Origin: an uncultured virus (IMG/VR IMGVR_UViG_3300002098_000029)
Lineage: Duplodnaviria > Heunggongvirae > Uroviricota > Caudoviricetes
Reading direction: 5' to 3' (one strand)
DNA: 64,000 nt
Virus record (IMG/VR): IMGVR_UViG_3300002098_000029
Coordinates: 1-64,000 of that record
Part shown: positions 32,908-43,959 of the stretch, piece by piece
How positions within the stretch are numbered: position 1 is the first letter of the stretch
Layout of the letters: each line of letters opens with the position of its first letter
Program-made: the position numbers and the translations under genes
Notes under the pieces: generated by a model
The model's input: only the letters and a program-made list of their open reading frames with translations
Told to the model about the DNA's origin: nothing
Databases searched by the model: none

Positions 32908-33219
32908 ATGAAAATATTAGCATTTAAATTAATTACCGGAGAAGATGTACTCGGTGAGATTGAATCGGAATCTGAAACGGAATTTGTACTTGAAAATCCT
33001 GTTGGTATCACCGTGGTCCGTGGTAAAGATGGACAACCTAGTATCGGATTCTCTCCTTTTCCATTACATGGTGAACAAAAATCTGGTGCAACCATTGCCA
33101 TCGCTAAGAAGAATGTAGTATACTCCTATGTTCCTGCTGAAGATTTTATTAGCAACTATAGTACAATCTTTGGTTCTGGACTAATCGTACCTCCACAAAA
33201 ACAATTAATTACAGGTTAA
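32908..33219 (+). CDS. Conserved T4-like hypothetical (Sm-like fold likely)
   Basis: KLITGEDVLG...FGSGLIVP; usual gene upstream of gp43. Confidence 0.75.
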   Translation: MKILAFKLITGEDVLGEIESESETEFVLENPVGITVVRGKDGQPSIGFSPFPLHGEQKSGATIAIAKKNVVYSYVPAEDFISNYSTIFGSGLIVPPQKQLITG

Positions 33220-33220
33220 C

Positions 33221-35752
33221 TTGAGCTTCTATACTAATGTACAATGTTTCGGTAACAACATCCTTTATCGTGGCATCATTGACGGGAAAAGAGTAAAACA
33301 GAGAATCGAATATTCTCCTTCTCTTTACCTACCTTCCAAAAGAATTACCAACTTCACCTCACTCGAAGGTGATTATCTCGACCAAAAAATCTTTGGTGAT
33401 ATTCGTAGTGCAAGAGATTTTATAAAACAATTTGATGGGGTTTCCAATGCTTCAAGAATTTTTGGCCAGACTCGTTTTGAGTATGCGTATATTGCGGATC
33501 AGCATAGAAATATGGTTGATTACGATTTTGATAAAGTTCTTATCGGAGTAATTGATATTGAGGTGGGTTCTGAAAATGGATTTCCCGATCCGTATCAAGC
33601 TACTGAACCTATTACAGCAATCTGTATCAAATATCTCAATGGTCCAACTTATGTGTTTGGTTGTGGCATCTATGAAACCCAAGGCAAAGAAATTTATGTA
33701 AAATGTAAAGATGAATATTCTTTATGTAAACAATTCATGGCTTTGTGGACTAAGAAATGTCCTGATATTCTAACTGGTTGGAATACCAAGTTCTTTGATG
33801 AACCATATATCATCAATCGTTTCCGTAAAATTCTTGGTGAAGATGAAACCAAGAAATTATCTCCATGGAATTATATTGGAGAAAGAAAGACCGTCATCAA
33901 TGGTCGACCCATGATTGCCTATAATATCATGGGTGTTGAATCACTAGATTACATTGAACTATACAAATGGTATGCTCCTGGTGGAAAGTCACAAGAGTCC
34001 TATCGTTTAGATGCCATTGCTCAAGTTGAATTGGGTGAAGGTAAAATCTCATTTGATGAATATGATAGTTTGCATGCTTTATATCGTTTGAATTTTCAAA
34101 AGTTTATTGAATACAACATTCGAGATGTGGAAATTATTATCAAGTTGGAAGAAAAGTTAAAGTTGCTCGAATTGGGAGTAACCTTGGCATACGATACCAA
34201 AACAAACTTTGAGGATATCTTTGCTCAAACTCGTATGTGGGATTCAATGACTTATGCTTACCTTTTTGAGAAAAACATTATTGTTCCACCAAGAATCGTC
34301 AAAGAAAAAGATGGAATGTTTGAAGGTGCCTATGTTAAAGAAGTTCAGGTTGGTATGCACCACTATGTTGCTAGCTTTGACCTAAATTCACTTTACCCCC
34401 ACCTTATGATGCAGTATAACATTTCCCCCGAAACTTTGATTGAACCAGAAAACTATACTGATGAAATGCGTGCGATTCTTTCTCAAGGTGTTGATGTAAA
34501 CAGTATGTTGAGTAAATCTGTTGATATTTCCAAACTACAAGGTGCAACTTTAACTCCTAACGGACAATTCTTCCGTACCGACATCATGGGTTTCTTACCT
34601 AAGATGATGGAAGAAATGTATACAGATAGGACTAAATTTAAGCGGTTGATGTTAACTGCAAAACAGGAATATGAACATGAAACAGACAACTCGAAAAAGT
34701 ATGAAATCGAAAAGAGAATTGCTAAGTATAACAATATACAATTGGCTAAAAAGGTTTCCCTTAACTCTGCTTATGGTGCTCTTGGCTCTCAGTATTTTAG
34801 GTTTTATGACTTACGCATGGCACTTGGCGTTACTACTGCTGGCCAACTTTCCATAAGGTGGATCGAGCATAAAATAAATGCTTGGATGAATAAACTTCTA
34901 GAAACGAATAAGGATTATGTAATTGCTTCCGATACAGATTCAATCTATCTCCGTATGGGTGAGTTGGTTGATAAGTTCATCAAAGATAAATCAGATAAAC
35001 AAAAAGTTATTTCTCTTATGGATAAAATTTGTAAAGAGAAACTAGAACCTTTCATAGATACCTCTTATGCAGAATTGGCTGAGTATGTTCACGCATATGA
35101 CCAAAAGATGGAGATGAAACGAGAAGGTCTTTCTGATAAAGGTATTTGGACTGCTAAGAAGCGTTATATTCTTAATGTATATAACAATGAGGGTGTTCAA
35201 TATAACGAACCTCAAATGAAGGTGATGGGATTGGAAATGATTAAATCTTCCACTCCTGCAGCAATCCGTGAGAAAATGAGAGAAGCAATCACGATTATGA
35301 TGAATGGTACAGAGGAAGATATTCATCAGTTTATTCAACAAGCTAAAAAAGACTTTATGGGTTTACCTGCTGAAGAAATCTCCTCACCTCGAGGTTGTAA
35401 CGGATTAGCTAAATATAGTGATGGACTTTCTTTATATAAATTGGGAACACCAATCCATGTAAAGGGAGCTATTCTATATAATTATCATCTTAAACAAAAG
35501 AATCTTACTAAGAAGTATCCATTAATACAAGAAGGCGAAAAGTTAAAATATACTTATTTGAAAATGCCTAATCCTTTTAAGGATACTGTTATCTCTTTCC
35601 CTGGTCGTTTACCGAAAGAGTTTGGATTACAAGAATACATTGATTATGACTTACAGTTTAGCAAAGCATTTTTAGAACCTATTAAAGTTATTCTTGATTG
35701 TATGGAATGGAGTACCGAAAAGGTAAGTTCACTAGAGGACTTTTTCTCATGA
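33221..35752 (+). CDS. gp43: Family B DNA polymerase
   Basis: DIE exonuclease motif, SFDLNSLYP, KVSLNSAYG, ASDTDS; TTG start. Confidence 0.98.
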   Translation: MSFYTNVQCFGNNILYRGIIDGKRVKQRIEYSPSLYLPSKRITNFTSLEGDYLDQKIFGDIRSARDFIKQFDGVSNASRIFGQTRFEYAYIADQHRNMVDYDFDKVLIGVIDIEVGSENGFPDPYQATEPITAICIKYLNGPTYVFGCGIYETQGKEIYVKCKDEYSLCKQFMALWTKKCPDILTGWNTKFFDEPYIINRFRKILGEDETKKLSPWNYIGERKTVINGRPMIAYNIMGVESLDYIELYKWYAPGGKSQESYRLDAIAQVELGEGKISFDEYDSLHALYRLNFQKFIEYNIRDVEIIIKLEEKLKLLELGVTLAYDTKTNFEDIFAQTRMWDSMTYAYLFEKNIIVPPRIVKEKDGMFEGAYVKEVQVGMHHYVASFDLNSLYPHLMMQYNISPETLIEPENYTDEMRAILSQGVDVNSMLSKSVDISKLQGATLTPNGQFFRTDIMGFLPKMMEEMYTDRTKFKRLMLTAKQEYEHETDNSKKYEIEKRIAKYNNIQLAKKVSLNSAYGALGSQYFRFYDLRMALGVTTAGQLSIRWIEHKINAWMNKLLETNKDYVIASDTDSIYLRMGELVDKFIKDKSDKQKVISLMDKICKEKLEPFIDTSYAELAEYVHAYDQKMEMKREGLSDKGIWTAKKRYILNVYNNEGVQYNEPQMKVMGLEMIKSSTPAAIREKMREAITIMMNGTEEDIHQFIQQAKKDFMGLPAEEISSPRGCNGLAKYSDGLSLYKLGTPIHVKGAILYNYHLKQKNLTKKYPLIQEGEKLKYTYLKMPNPFKDTVISFPGRLPKEFGLQEYIDYDLQFSKAFLEPIKVILDCMEWSTEKVSSLEDFFS

Positions 35753-36672
35753 TATACTTAACATTTTTATGTGCAATTGCTTTATCGGCCATTGCCGGTT
35801 ATTATTCAATTATTGGATTGGCTGCCATTTTCGTGGGTGCATTTTGGCCTGTCGTATTAATGGGTTCTGTATTAGAAGTTAGTAAGTTGGTTACTGCTTC
35901 ATGGTTATATCGTAACTGGAAGATAGCACCCTTTCTGTTACGAACTTACCTGACCTTTGCCGTATTAATCATCATGCTCATTACTTCAATGGGCATTTTT
36001 GGTTTTCTTGCCAAAGCACACATCGATTCTACCTTAAACTCCAATGCTAACAATGTCGAATTAAAAACACTCACGATACAAGAGAAGATTACCAGAGATA
36101 GATTAGATTATCTAATTGCTCGTGCCAAAGATCCATCCACAGCAAGCGATAAATTGGATCGTCAAATTCAAACTACACAAAAAGAATTAACCGATATATC
36201 CAAAAGAAAGTTGCCGTTATTAAAGGAAGATGTTAAATTAACTGCCGATGTTGGACCAATCAAATATGTTGCGGAGTTGATTTATGGTAATGCCGATGAT
36301 GGTATAGATAAGGCAGTAAAACTGGTAATCATGATAATAATGGTTGTATTTGACCCGCTAGCTGTGTTATTATTGATAGCAGCAAACATCTCTTTAAAAC
36401 AAAGGGAAGAAGTGAATGAACCAGAAGCTCCATCATTCTTTGAAAAAGCAAGAACCATTGCTAAAAAGTTGGATGAAGATAGAATTGAAATTGAAAAAGA
36501 AAACATTACTTCTGTTGAAGAAGAACCTGAGTTTGTAAAGAAAACAATTCATACAGGTATAGGTAGATATGAAGAACACATGGTTCCTGTTAAAAAACTA
36601 GAACCCAAGTATGATTATAACGATGAATTAGCATTTCGTGAAAAAAATAACATAAAAGATCCATTAAGTTGA
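35749..36672 (+). CDS. Membrane protein with coiled coil
   Basis: N-terminal hydrophobic helices, TSMGIFGFL, VGPIKYVAE, VFDPLAV. Confidence 0.75.
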   Translation: MIYLTFLCAIALSAIAGYYSIIGLAAIFVGAFWPVVLMGSVLEVSKLVTASWLYRNWKIAPFLLRTYLTFAVLIIMLITSMGIFGFLAKAHIDSTLNSNANNVELKTLTIQEKITRDRLDYLIARAKDPSTASDKLDRQIQTTQKELTDISKRKLPLLKEDVKLTADVGPIKYVAELIYGNADDGIDKAVKLVIMIIMVVFDPLAVLLLIAANISLKQREEVNEPEAPSFFEKARTIAKKLDEDRIEIEKENITSVEEEPEFVKKTIHTGIGRYEEHMVPVKKLEPKYDYNDELAFREKNNIKDPLS

Positions 36673-36740
36673 TAATTTTGGATAAATATACATGAAGGGG
36701 TCGTTCCCCTTCTAAAAACAATCAACACAAAGGAAAATAT

Positions 36741-37145
36741 ATGAACAGTAAAGATAACGAAAAAGAAGTTACCATCTCAAATTGGACCACATTTGGTTCA
36801 TCATCGGTAAATATAGAAGTTTTTGAGAATGTAATTGATCATGAAATATACTATACATCCGCACTAGGTTTCTTTCTAGATGATGGAAAACCCGATTCCC
36901 CCGAAAAACATATAACCGTTTTCACCGAAATTGGTGACGAATGTTTACATTGTTGTATCAAAAATACAGCTTATTCCATAAGAAATTTATTTGATTTTAT
37001 ATCTGATACTGTTTTTGTGTTTGGTGAAGATGGTGAAATATTTGAAGAAATATCATTGAATGAAATAACAAAAGATGATGATTTTGAGGACAATTTTGAT
37101 ACAATCCATACAAACGGATCATACAATAACGAAACGGTGCATTGA
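36741..37145 (+). CDS. Acidic hypothetical protein
   Basis: AAGGA SD; GATAAATA and GAAGGGG/CCCCTTC hairpin upstream. Confidence 0.65.
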   Translation: MNSKDNEKEVTISNWTTFGSSSVNIEVFENVIDHEIYYTSALGFFLDDGKPDSPEKHITVFTEIGDECLHCCIKNTAYSIRNLFDFISDTVFVFGEDGEIFEEISLNEITKDDDFEDNFDTIHTNGSYNNETVH

Positions 37146-37147
37146 TC

Positions 37148-37813
37148 ATGGATTTATGGAAAATTCACGATAATATAATAAACCGTGCAAAAACCAGAAC
37201 ATATGATTCCTTAAAACACCAAAATCACCATATAATACCCAAACATGAAAATGAAAATTCAGAGGATATAGTACCATTAACATTCAAAGAACATTATATA
37301 ATACATCTGATAAGATATAAACTTGGTTTTGGTTTAGGTAATTATAAAGCATATTTATTATTGAGAAATTGGAAAAATACAGAAAAATACTCCGAATTTC
37401 TAAAAGAAATTAGCCAATTAGGAGCTACTTCTTACCATACAAAATATAAAGAACGAGATCCAGAAAAATATTACGAATCACAAAAAAATGCTGGTATAAG
37501 GGGTGGACAAACCTCATATATTAAACAATTAGGATTTTTCTCATTATCAGAAGAACAAAAATCTGCTGGTAGAAAAAAAGGAAATGAAACAGTTGTTAAT
37601 AATAAACTAGGTATGTTTTCTGATGAATATCGTGAAAAACATAGAAAAACTTTATTTAAAAAAATTAGTGTTGGTGGAATAATTTATAATTCTATGAAAG
37701 AAGTATCGGAGAAATATTCAATTTGTGCTTCTTCCGTTACTTACAGAGCGAATAGTAGTAGTTTAACTTGGATTAATTGGTTTTATGTTGAAAAGGAAAA
37801 TTGTAATGAATAA
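37148..37813 (+). CDS. HNH homing endonuclease
   Basis: NHHIIPKH...LTFKEHYIIH; C-terminal IYNSMKEVS HTH-like module. Confidence 0.82.
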   Translation: MDLWKIHDNIINRAKTRTYDSLKHQNHHIIPKHENENSEDIVPLTFKEHYIIHLIRYKLGFGLGNYKAYLLLRNWKNTEKYSEFLKEISQLGATSYHTKYKERDPEKYYESQKNAGIRGGQTSYIKQLGFFSLSEEQKSAGRKKGNETVVNNKLGMFSDEYREKHRKTLFKKISVGGIIYNSMKEVSEKYSICASSVTYRANSSSLTWINWFYVEKENCNE

Positions 37814-38888
37814 ATTATTAGAAAAAATGAAGAAGTCGGGTTCAATCAAGAACTCCAGTATACTCAGTCAATCCATGTTCTTCAATAAAAAGGATATGGT
37901 TCCCACCGATGTTCCCATTATAAATGTTGCATTATCAGGAAGCCTGAATGGAGGATTGACCTCAGGATTAACCTTCATCGCAGGCGAATCAAAACACTTT
38001 AAGTCACTACTAGGTTTGATTATGGTAAGTGCTTACATGAAGAAATATCCAGATTCCGTATGTTTGTTCTACGATTCTGAATTTGGTATCACACCAGAAT
38101 ATATTAAAGCCAATAACATTGATACTTCTAGGGTAATCCATCTTCCGATTGAACACTTGGAACAATTAAAATTTGATATTGCTAAACGTTTAAATGAAAT
38201 TGAACGAGGTGATAAGGTAATCATTTTCATTGATTCGGTCGGCAATTTGGCTTCTAAGAAAGAAGCAGAAGATGCTCTGGATGAAAAAGCTGTTGCTGAT
38301 ATGACGAGAGCCCGTACCATGAAAAGTTTGTGGAGAATTGTTACACCACATCTAACTACTAAAGATATTCCTTGTATTGCAATTAATCATACCTATAAAA
38401 CTATGGAGATGTTCTCCAAATCAGTTATGTCGGGTGGTACCGGTGGTATGTATTCCGCTAACCAAGTATTCATTATTGGTAAATCACAAGAGAAAGATGG
38501 TCAAGAACTTATCGGATATAACTTCACCATCAACATTGAAAAATCTAGATTCGTCAGAGAAAAATCGAAGTTACCATTTACAGTAACCTTTGAGAAAGGT
38601 CTATCCAAATGGAGTGGATTGCTTGATATCGCATTAGAATCTGGTCATGTGATCAAACCATCAAATGGTTGGTATTCTAGGGTGGATGAAGATGGTGTGG
38701 TAGAAGATAAAAAATACCGACTAAAAGAAACCGATTCTTCCGACTTCTGGTCATCCATATTGAATCAAAAAACATTCCACGAATTCATTCAAAAGAACTA
38801 CCAAATCTCCAATGGAGAAATGTTACGGTCGGATATTGATGAGGTCTTTGATGATGTTGTAACTATGAATGGAGTAGAAGATGATTGA
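37806..38888 (+). CDS. uvsX: RecA-like recombinase
   Basis: AGESKHFKS, FYDSEFG, IDSVGNLASKKE, VMSGG, EKSRFVREK. Confidence 0.96.
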   Translation: MNKLLEKMKKSGSIKNSSILSQSMFFNKKDMVPTDVPIINVALSGSLNGGLTSGLTFIAGESKHFKSLLGLIMVSAYMKKYPDSVCLFYDSEFGITPEYIKANNIDTSRVIHLPIEHLEQLKFDIAKRLNEIERGDKVIIFIDSVGNLASKKEAEDALDEKAVADMTRARTMKSLWRIVTPHLTTKDIPCIAINHTYKTMEMFSKSVMSGGTGGMYSANQVFIIGKSQEKDGQELIGYNFTINIEKSRFVREKSKLPFTVTFEKGLSKWSGLLDIALESGHVIKPSNGWYSRVDEDGVVEDKKYRLKETDSSDFWSSILNQKTFHEFIQKNYQISNGEMLRSDIDEVFDDVVTMNGVEDD

Positions 38889-39201
38889 AGGCGTAGATTA
38901 TTGTTTCATCTATCCTAAGGAAGATGCACAAGGTGTTAATATTAAACTCTTGGACGGACCGTATAAAGATACCACATTTAAGTTTGGTAAGGTAAAGTTT
39001 GAAGAAAAAGAAGGTCAAATGTATTTACTTTTTGGTTATGATGTTCTTGAAGCTTCAGTTGATAAACCAAAGAAGATGGAAAAAGATAATGATTTTAAGA
39101 ATTACATTGGTGATTTACTTGTCGAACTTATGTCGGCTAACATTGAGCAGGAATTAATTGATGAAACTGGAACTATCGATTCTCAAGAATCTAGTCTATA
39201 A
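38881..39201 (+). CDS. Hypothetical protein (gp40 position)
   Basis: Between uvsX and gp41; FKNYIGDLLVEL. Confidence 0.65.
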   Translation: MIEGVDYCFIYPKEDAQGVNIKLLDGPYKDTTFKFGKVKFEEKEGQMYLLFGYDVLEASVDKPKKMEKDNDFKNYIGDLLVELMSANIEQELIDETGTIDSQESSL

Positions 39202-40546
39202 CGAGGACTATTTAAGAAAAGTATTACCATTTATTAAACCTGAATATTTCTCGGACAGAACCGAGAGGACACTATTTAATGAGATTACTTCCTTCACGGA
39301 AACTTACAATTCTACGGCAACGATTGAAGCGTTGTCTATTGCCGTCAAGGAAAAGAACAATCTTTCGGATGATGAAGTTCAGAAATGCGAAGATTATATC
39401 AAGGAAATTGAAAGTAATCGTCAAACAGAAACCGAGGTACAATGGCTTATTGATAAGACCGAGCAGTTTTGCCAAGAAAAGGCGATATACAATGCTGTAT
39501 TGGGGTCTATTTCAATTCTCGATGGTAAAGACAAAAACAACGATAAGGGTGCGATACCCAAGATATTATCGGACGCTTTGGCCGTCAGTTTCGATACAAC
39601 CGTAGGCCATGATTACTTAGAGAACTCAGATGATCGATATGAATTTTACCACAGAAAAGAAGAAAGAATTCCCTTTGATCTCGATTGTTTTAACAAAATT
39701 ACAAAAGGTGGACTTCCTGCTAAGACTCTCAATATTGCTCTTGCTGGTACTGGTGTTGGTAAATCTTTGTTTATGTGCCATGTTGCTGCAGGTGCTATGG
39801 TACAAGGTAAAAATGTATTGTATATTACTCTTGAAATGGCGGAAGAAAAGATTGCCGAAAGAATAGATGCAAACTTGTTGAATGTTTCCCTCGATGATTT
39901 GATGGACTTACCAAAAGATATGTATGATAAAAAGGTTGCTCGGGTCAAAGAGAAAACCACAGGTAAACTCATCATCAAAGAATATCCAACAGCATCAGCT
40001 TCCACCACTCACTTTAGGACTTTACTAAATGAACTTAATCTCAAAAGGTCTTTCGTACCTGATATTATTTTTATTGATTATCTCAATATCTGTTGCTCTT
40101 CTCGTATCAAGGCTGGTGCGAATATTAACTCTTACACTTACGTTAAGTCCATCGCAGAGGAACTTAGGGGTCTTGCGGTTGAACATAATGTTCCTATTGT
40201 ATCTGCAACTCAAACTACCAGAAGCGGATTCACATCGAGTGATCCAGGCTTGGAGGATACGAGTGAGTCATTCGGGTTGCCTGCAACCGCCGATTTAATG
40301 TTTGCTTTGATTTCTTCTGAAGAATTGGAAGAAATGGGTCAGATGATGGTTAAACAATTGAAGAATCGATATAATGATCCGTCTTATTACAAACGATTTA
40401 CTATTGGTGTTGATAGAGCAAAGATGAAATTGTTTGATGTGGAACAATCCGCACAACAAGGTATTGCTGATGCTGGCCACCAAGGAATTGGGGCTCATAA
40501 TAAAATTAAACATGATAAGAAGAACTTTGAAGGCTTTAAAGTATAA
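39161..40546 (+). CDS. gp41: Replicative helicase
   Basis: LAGTGVGKS, ITLEM, IDYLNI, SATQTTR, SESFGLPATAD. Confidence 0.97.
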   Translation: MKLELSILKNLVYNEDYLRKVLPFIKPEYFSDRTERTLFNEITSFTETYNSTATIEALSIAVKEKNNLSDDEVQKCEDYIKEIESNRQTETEVQWLIDKTEQFCQEKAIYNAVLGSISILDGKDKNNDKGAIPKILSDALAVSFDTTVGHDYLENSDDRYEFYHRKEERIPFDLDCFNKITKGGLPAKTLNIALAGTGVGKSLFMCHVAAGAMVQGKNVLYITLEMAEEKIAERIDANLLNVSLDDLMDLPKDMYDKKVARVKEKTTGKLIIKEYPTASASTTHFRTLLNELNLKRSFVPDIIFIDYLNICCSSRIKAGANINSYTYVKSIAEELRGLAVEHNVPIVSATQTTRSGFTSSDPGLEDTSESFGLPATADLMFALISSEELEEMGQMMVKQLKNRYNDPSYYKRFTIGVDRAKMKLFDVEQSAQQGIADAGHQGIGAHNKIKHDKKNFEGFKV

Positions 40547-41655
40547 TGGAATTAACTAGAGACCAAGCATTATATGTATCAAAGGTATTCAATGATTATT
40601 TTAGTAACATTGGAAGTACCGAAGAATACATGCGTGATGAGAAGTTGAAAAATCTTGAGAATATGCCTTCTTCTTTGTTTCCACCGGAAGATGATTTGTT
40701 CTCCGATTTTTCTATGCACCCAAAGGATATGGACATTGAGGTATTGGAGATTCCAGGTTCTCAATTTGAAACATTACTTGCCATTACCAGTTCACATATT
40801 AATAAAGCACCCGTTGGTAAGAATGTTCAATTGGCAGTTAGAGAAAAGAACTCAGGAAAGATTCTAGGATTCATTCGGTTAGGTTCACCAGTCATCTATA
40901 TGAAACCCCGAAATGAACTCTTGGGGCAAGTTTGGATCCAACAGGAAGATACAGCCAAACGCTTTAATACTGCTACGATGATGGGATTCGTTATTGTACC
41001 AGCACAACCATTTGGATTTAATTACCTTGGCGGTAAACTTCTATCTGCTATTTGTACCAGTCATACAGTCAGAGAAATCTGCAATAAAAAATATGATATG
41101 AACTTGTGTTTATTTGAAACCACCAGTTTGTATGGTACAACCAAATCAGTATCACAATACGATGGTATGAAACCTTATATTCGTTTCCGTGGATTAACCG
41201 AATCTGATATGGTACCCATGATGCACGGACAAAGATACCATGACTTGAAGAATTATGTGGAGAATATTACTGGAGATTTATTAGCAGGTGATACATCAAG
41301 TACCAGTAGAAAACTAAGAACCTTTACCAAGATTATTGCTCTCACCAAAGCGGCCTTAAAAGGAACAACCGAAGGTGATGAGTTTAATGTAACGATTGAG
41401 AACGCTAAAAAGTTGACCGAGAAGAAAAGGTATTATACATCCGATTTTGGGTATAATAACACCGTGGATTATATGAATTGTAAAACGGACACATTGGTAC
41501 CTGGTCCCAATTACGAGAAACATGAATTGAGTAACATCATTGAGTGGTGGCGGAGTAAAGCTATAAATAGATACGAAACTCTCAAATCTGAGGGTAGATT
41601 GAGGACAGAACTTGAAATCTGGACTTCAGGTAAAGAAATTCAAATCATACGATAA
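40546..41655 (+). CDS. Second DUF4338/DruA-like protein
   Basis: GFVIVPAQPFGFNYLGGKLLSAIC, ETTSLYG, SQYDG. Confidence 0.65.
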   Translation: MELTRDQALYVSKVFNDYFSNIGSTEEYMRDEKLKNLENMPSSLFPPEDDLFSDFSMHPKDMDIEVLEIPGSQFETLLAITSSHINKAPVGKNVQLAVREKNSGKILGFIRLGSPVIYMKPRNELLGQVWIQQEDTAKRFNTATMMGFVIVPAQPFGFNYLGGKLLSAICTSHTVREICNKKYDMNLCLFETTSLYGTTKSVSQYDGMKPYIRFRGLTESDMVPMMHGQRYHDLKNYVENITGDLLAGDTSSTSRKLRTFTKIIALTKAALKGTTEGDEFNVTIENAKKLTEKKRYYTSDFGYNNTVDYMNCKTDTLVPGPNYEKHELSNIIEWWRSKAINRYETLKSEGRLRTELEIWTSGKEIQIIR

Positions 41656-42944
41656 TGGCAGATAATACTACCCTAGCAGAAGCTTCACAAGCTCTTTTTT
41701 GTTCTTTGGCTGATTACACTCTTTTAAAAAGAGGTAAAATGGATGAAATATTCAATTTAGATAATGCACCAACATATCCAGCTTTCAAAAAGTTTTGGGA
41801 AAATAACGTTACTTTTTCCGATTCAATTAAAGATATTTACAATAAACATACAGATACACCGCAAGTTACTTTATCTATTTTGGAAAAGTTTTTGGAGAAT
41901 AATGTCGATTGGTATGAATCTTCTGTTTTGATTGCAAAAAAACTTATAAAAGATATTGATAAGGTTTTGGGAAAAACCACAGGAATTAAAAAACCAAAAG
42001 CAACAGAAATTTGGTTTGTTCGAGGTGATGATAGTGTAATGAAAAATATTCAAATTTTATTCGACAAAGCTAATGCAACAGCTAAAGCTATTAATAAAGT
42101 TGATGATATAGGAGCCAAAGGAATTGTATTTGGTGATATTAATAAATGGAGTCCGGCAGACATTTATTTTGCTTCCAATAAAGCAAGAGATAAAATTCAA
42201 AAAGTTGTAGATATTAATTCCAATAAAACTGGATTTATTTTTTCTAGTTTAAATATTCTTATGAGTGATTTAATTGAACAAGGTCAATTGTTACCCCTAT
42301 CACTCAAAAAACAAACAAGAGAAGTTGTATTATTGCCTGTAAATTTCAGCCGGCAAGAAGAATTAAAAACAATTTCAAAATATGAATATAATGGAACAAG
42401 TGCTTGGAAACCTTATAAAATAAATCAACCTCAGACTAGGGATATGAAAATTTATTTTAATCCAAGCAGTCCAAAAGATTATATTAAAGTGAAACATGAC
42501 GTATCTGGTGGTGCTTTTAAGTGTGACGTTGTTTATTCTGGTGCTGAATCTAGAGCAGGTTCTTTAGCTTCCATTGAAATCTTTTCAGCATTGGTTGGAG
42601 TAATTGATTCTAAATTTGCTTCTGAAATAAAAAGAACTTTTGATGATGGTAATAAAAAATATAGAAAAGAATTGTCTAATTGGTTAACCAAATATGCTGG
42701 AGGAAAAAAACCAGAACTTGAAAAAGATAAAAAAACAGGTAAGAATAAAAAAAATCAACTTAGAGAAGCATTTGAACAGGAACGTGCAGTATTAAGTGCT
42801 TTAAATGTTATTAATAAAATTATGCCCAAAATTATATCATGGTTGAATCAAGATAAAGATAGATCCAATAATTTTGTTCGTATAATATATGAATATTCAA
42901 CCTCCAGAACAAAAGATTCTGGTAAATTCGTTATAGCAAAATAG
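41655..42944 (+). CDS. Hypothetical, possible PD-(D/E)xK nuclease fold
   Basis: NKWSPADIY...PLSLKK; TATAAATA at 41562. Confidence 0.5.
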   Translation: MADNTTLAEASQALFCSLADYTLLKRGKMDEIFNLDNAPTYPAFKKFWENNVTFSDSIKDIYNKHTDTPQVTLSILEKFLENNVDWYESSVLIAKKLIKDIDKVLGKTTGIKKPKATEIWFVRGDDSVMKNIQILFDKANATAKAINKVDDIGAKGIVFGDINKWSPADIYFASNKARDKIQKVVDINSNKTGFIFSSLNILMSDLIEQGQLLPLSLKKQTREVVLLPVNFSRQEELKTISKYEYNGTSAWKPYKINQPQTRDMKIYFNPSSPKDYIKVKHDVSGGAFKCDVVYSGAESRAGSLASIEIFSALVGVIDSKFASEIKRTFDDGNKKYRKELSNWLTKYAGGKKPELEKDKKTGKNKKNQLREAFEQERAVLSALNVINKIMPKIISWLNQDKDRSNNFVRIIYEYSTSRTKDSGKFVIAK

Positions 42945-42952
42945 GATAAATT

Positions 42953-43231
42953 ATGGCACTCGTTGATTTCGATAAACTCGCAAAGCAGTATGAAAATACC
43001 GATGATTTTGGTTTCTCTGCTGTTTCCGAAGAAGAATATAATTCTGTAGTCAATAAAACTGCTGCAACGGCAGAAGATTATAAAGCACGATTACAGGAAT
43101 TGGAAAAAATGATTATTCCTTTTCTCACCAAGTTACATTCGACTGGAGATAAAGAATATATATATTGGCCTAATCGTAAACCGATAATTGAAGCACAAAT
43201 AGAAAAGATATTAAAACTGACTAAAGATTGA
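42953..43231 (+). CDS. Hypothetical protein
   Basis: AGGA SD; DFGFSAV...YIYWPNR. Confidence 0.75.
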   Translation: MALVDFDKLAKQYENTDDFGFSAVSEEEYNSVVNKTAATAEDYKARLQELEKMIIPFLTKLHSTGDKEYIYWPNRKPIIEAQIEKILKLTKD

Positions 43232-43233
43232 TT

Positions 43234-43959
43234 ATGAAACCATTAGTGACTGTGATTACACCCACAACGGGTGCGTCTTACCTCAAGCAAGCTCTTGAGT
43301 CCGTTAAATCCCAAACATATGAAAATGTACAACACCTTGTCGTGGTTGATGGTAATCATCCAAAGGCTCATGTGATGTTGCAGGACTATCCTGAAGTGGA
43401 TGTTATTGAGTTACCTTACCCAACAGGAACAGACCGATACAATGGCCACCGCATCTATGGTGCATCGACCTATTTGGCCAAAGGTGAATATATATGTTTC
43501 CTAGATGAAGATAACTGGTTAGAACCAGACCATGTGGAATCTATGATGAAAGTTATTGAAGCCGGTAATCAATGGGCATTTTCATTACGCAAGATTACCG
43601 ATAAAGATGGCAACTATGTGTGTAATGATGATTGTGAATCCTTGGGTAAATGGCCATCATGTTTAAATGATTATTTTGTGGATGTGGGTTGTTATTTCTT
43701 CCCCAAAGAACTTGCCTTACAATTAACTCCTATCTGGCACCGTAAAGCAAGAGAACCAGGAGTACCAGAAGTTGATAGAATGTTAATTCATGTTCTCCGT
43801 CAAAATAACTTGACATGTGATAGTAATGGCCTGTATACTCTTAATTATCGGACTGGAAATACCGAAAGGTCAGTCCAAAAAGAATTCTTCCTTCAAGGAA
43901 ATGAAATGATGAAACAAAAATATAATGGAAATTTACCATGGCAAAAAAAGACCTCATAA
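43234..43959 (+). CDS. Glycosyltransferase family 2
   Basis: VTVITPT, SVKSQTY, VVVDG, FLDEDN. Confidence 0.87.
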   Translation: MKPLVTVITPTTGASYLKQALESVKSQTYENVQHLVVVDGNHPKAHVMLQDYPEVDVIELPYPTGTDRYNGHRIYGASTYLAKGEYICFLDEDNWLEPDHVESMMKVIEAGNQWAFSLRKITDKDGNYVCNDDCESLGKWPSCLNDYFVDVGCYFFPKELALQLTPIWHRKAREPGVPEVDRMLIHVLRQNNLTCDSNGLYTLNYRTGNTERSVQKEFFLQGNEMMKQKYNGNLPWQKKTS

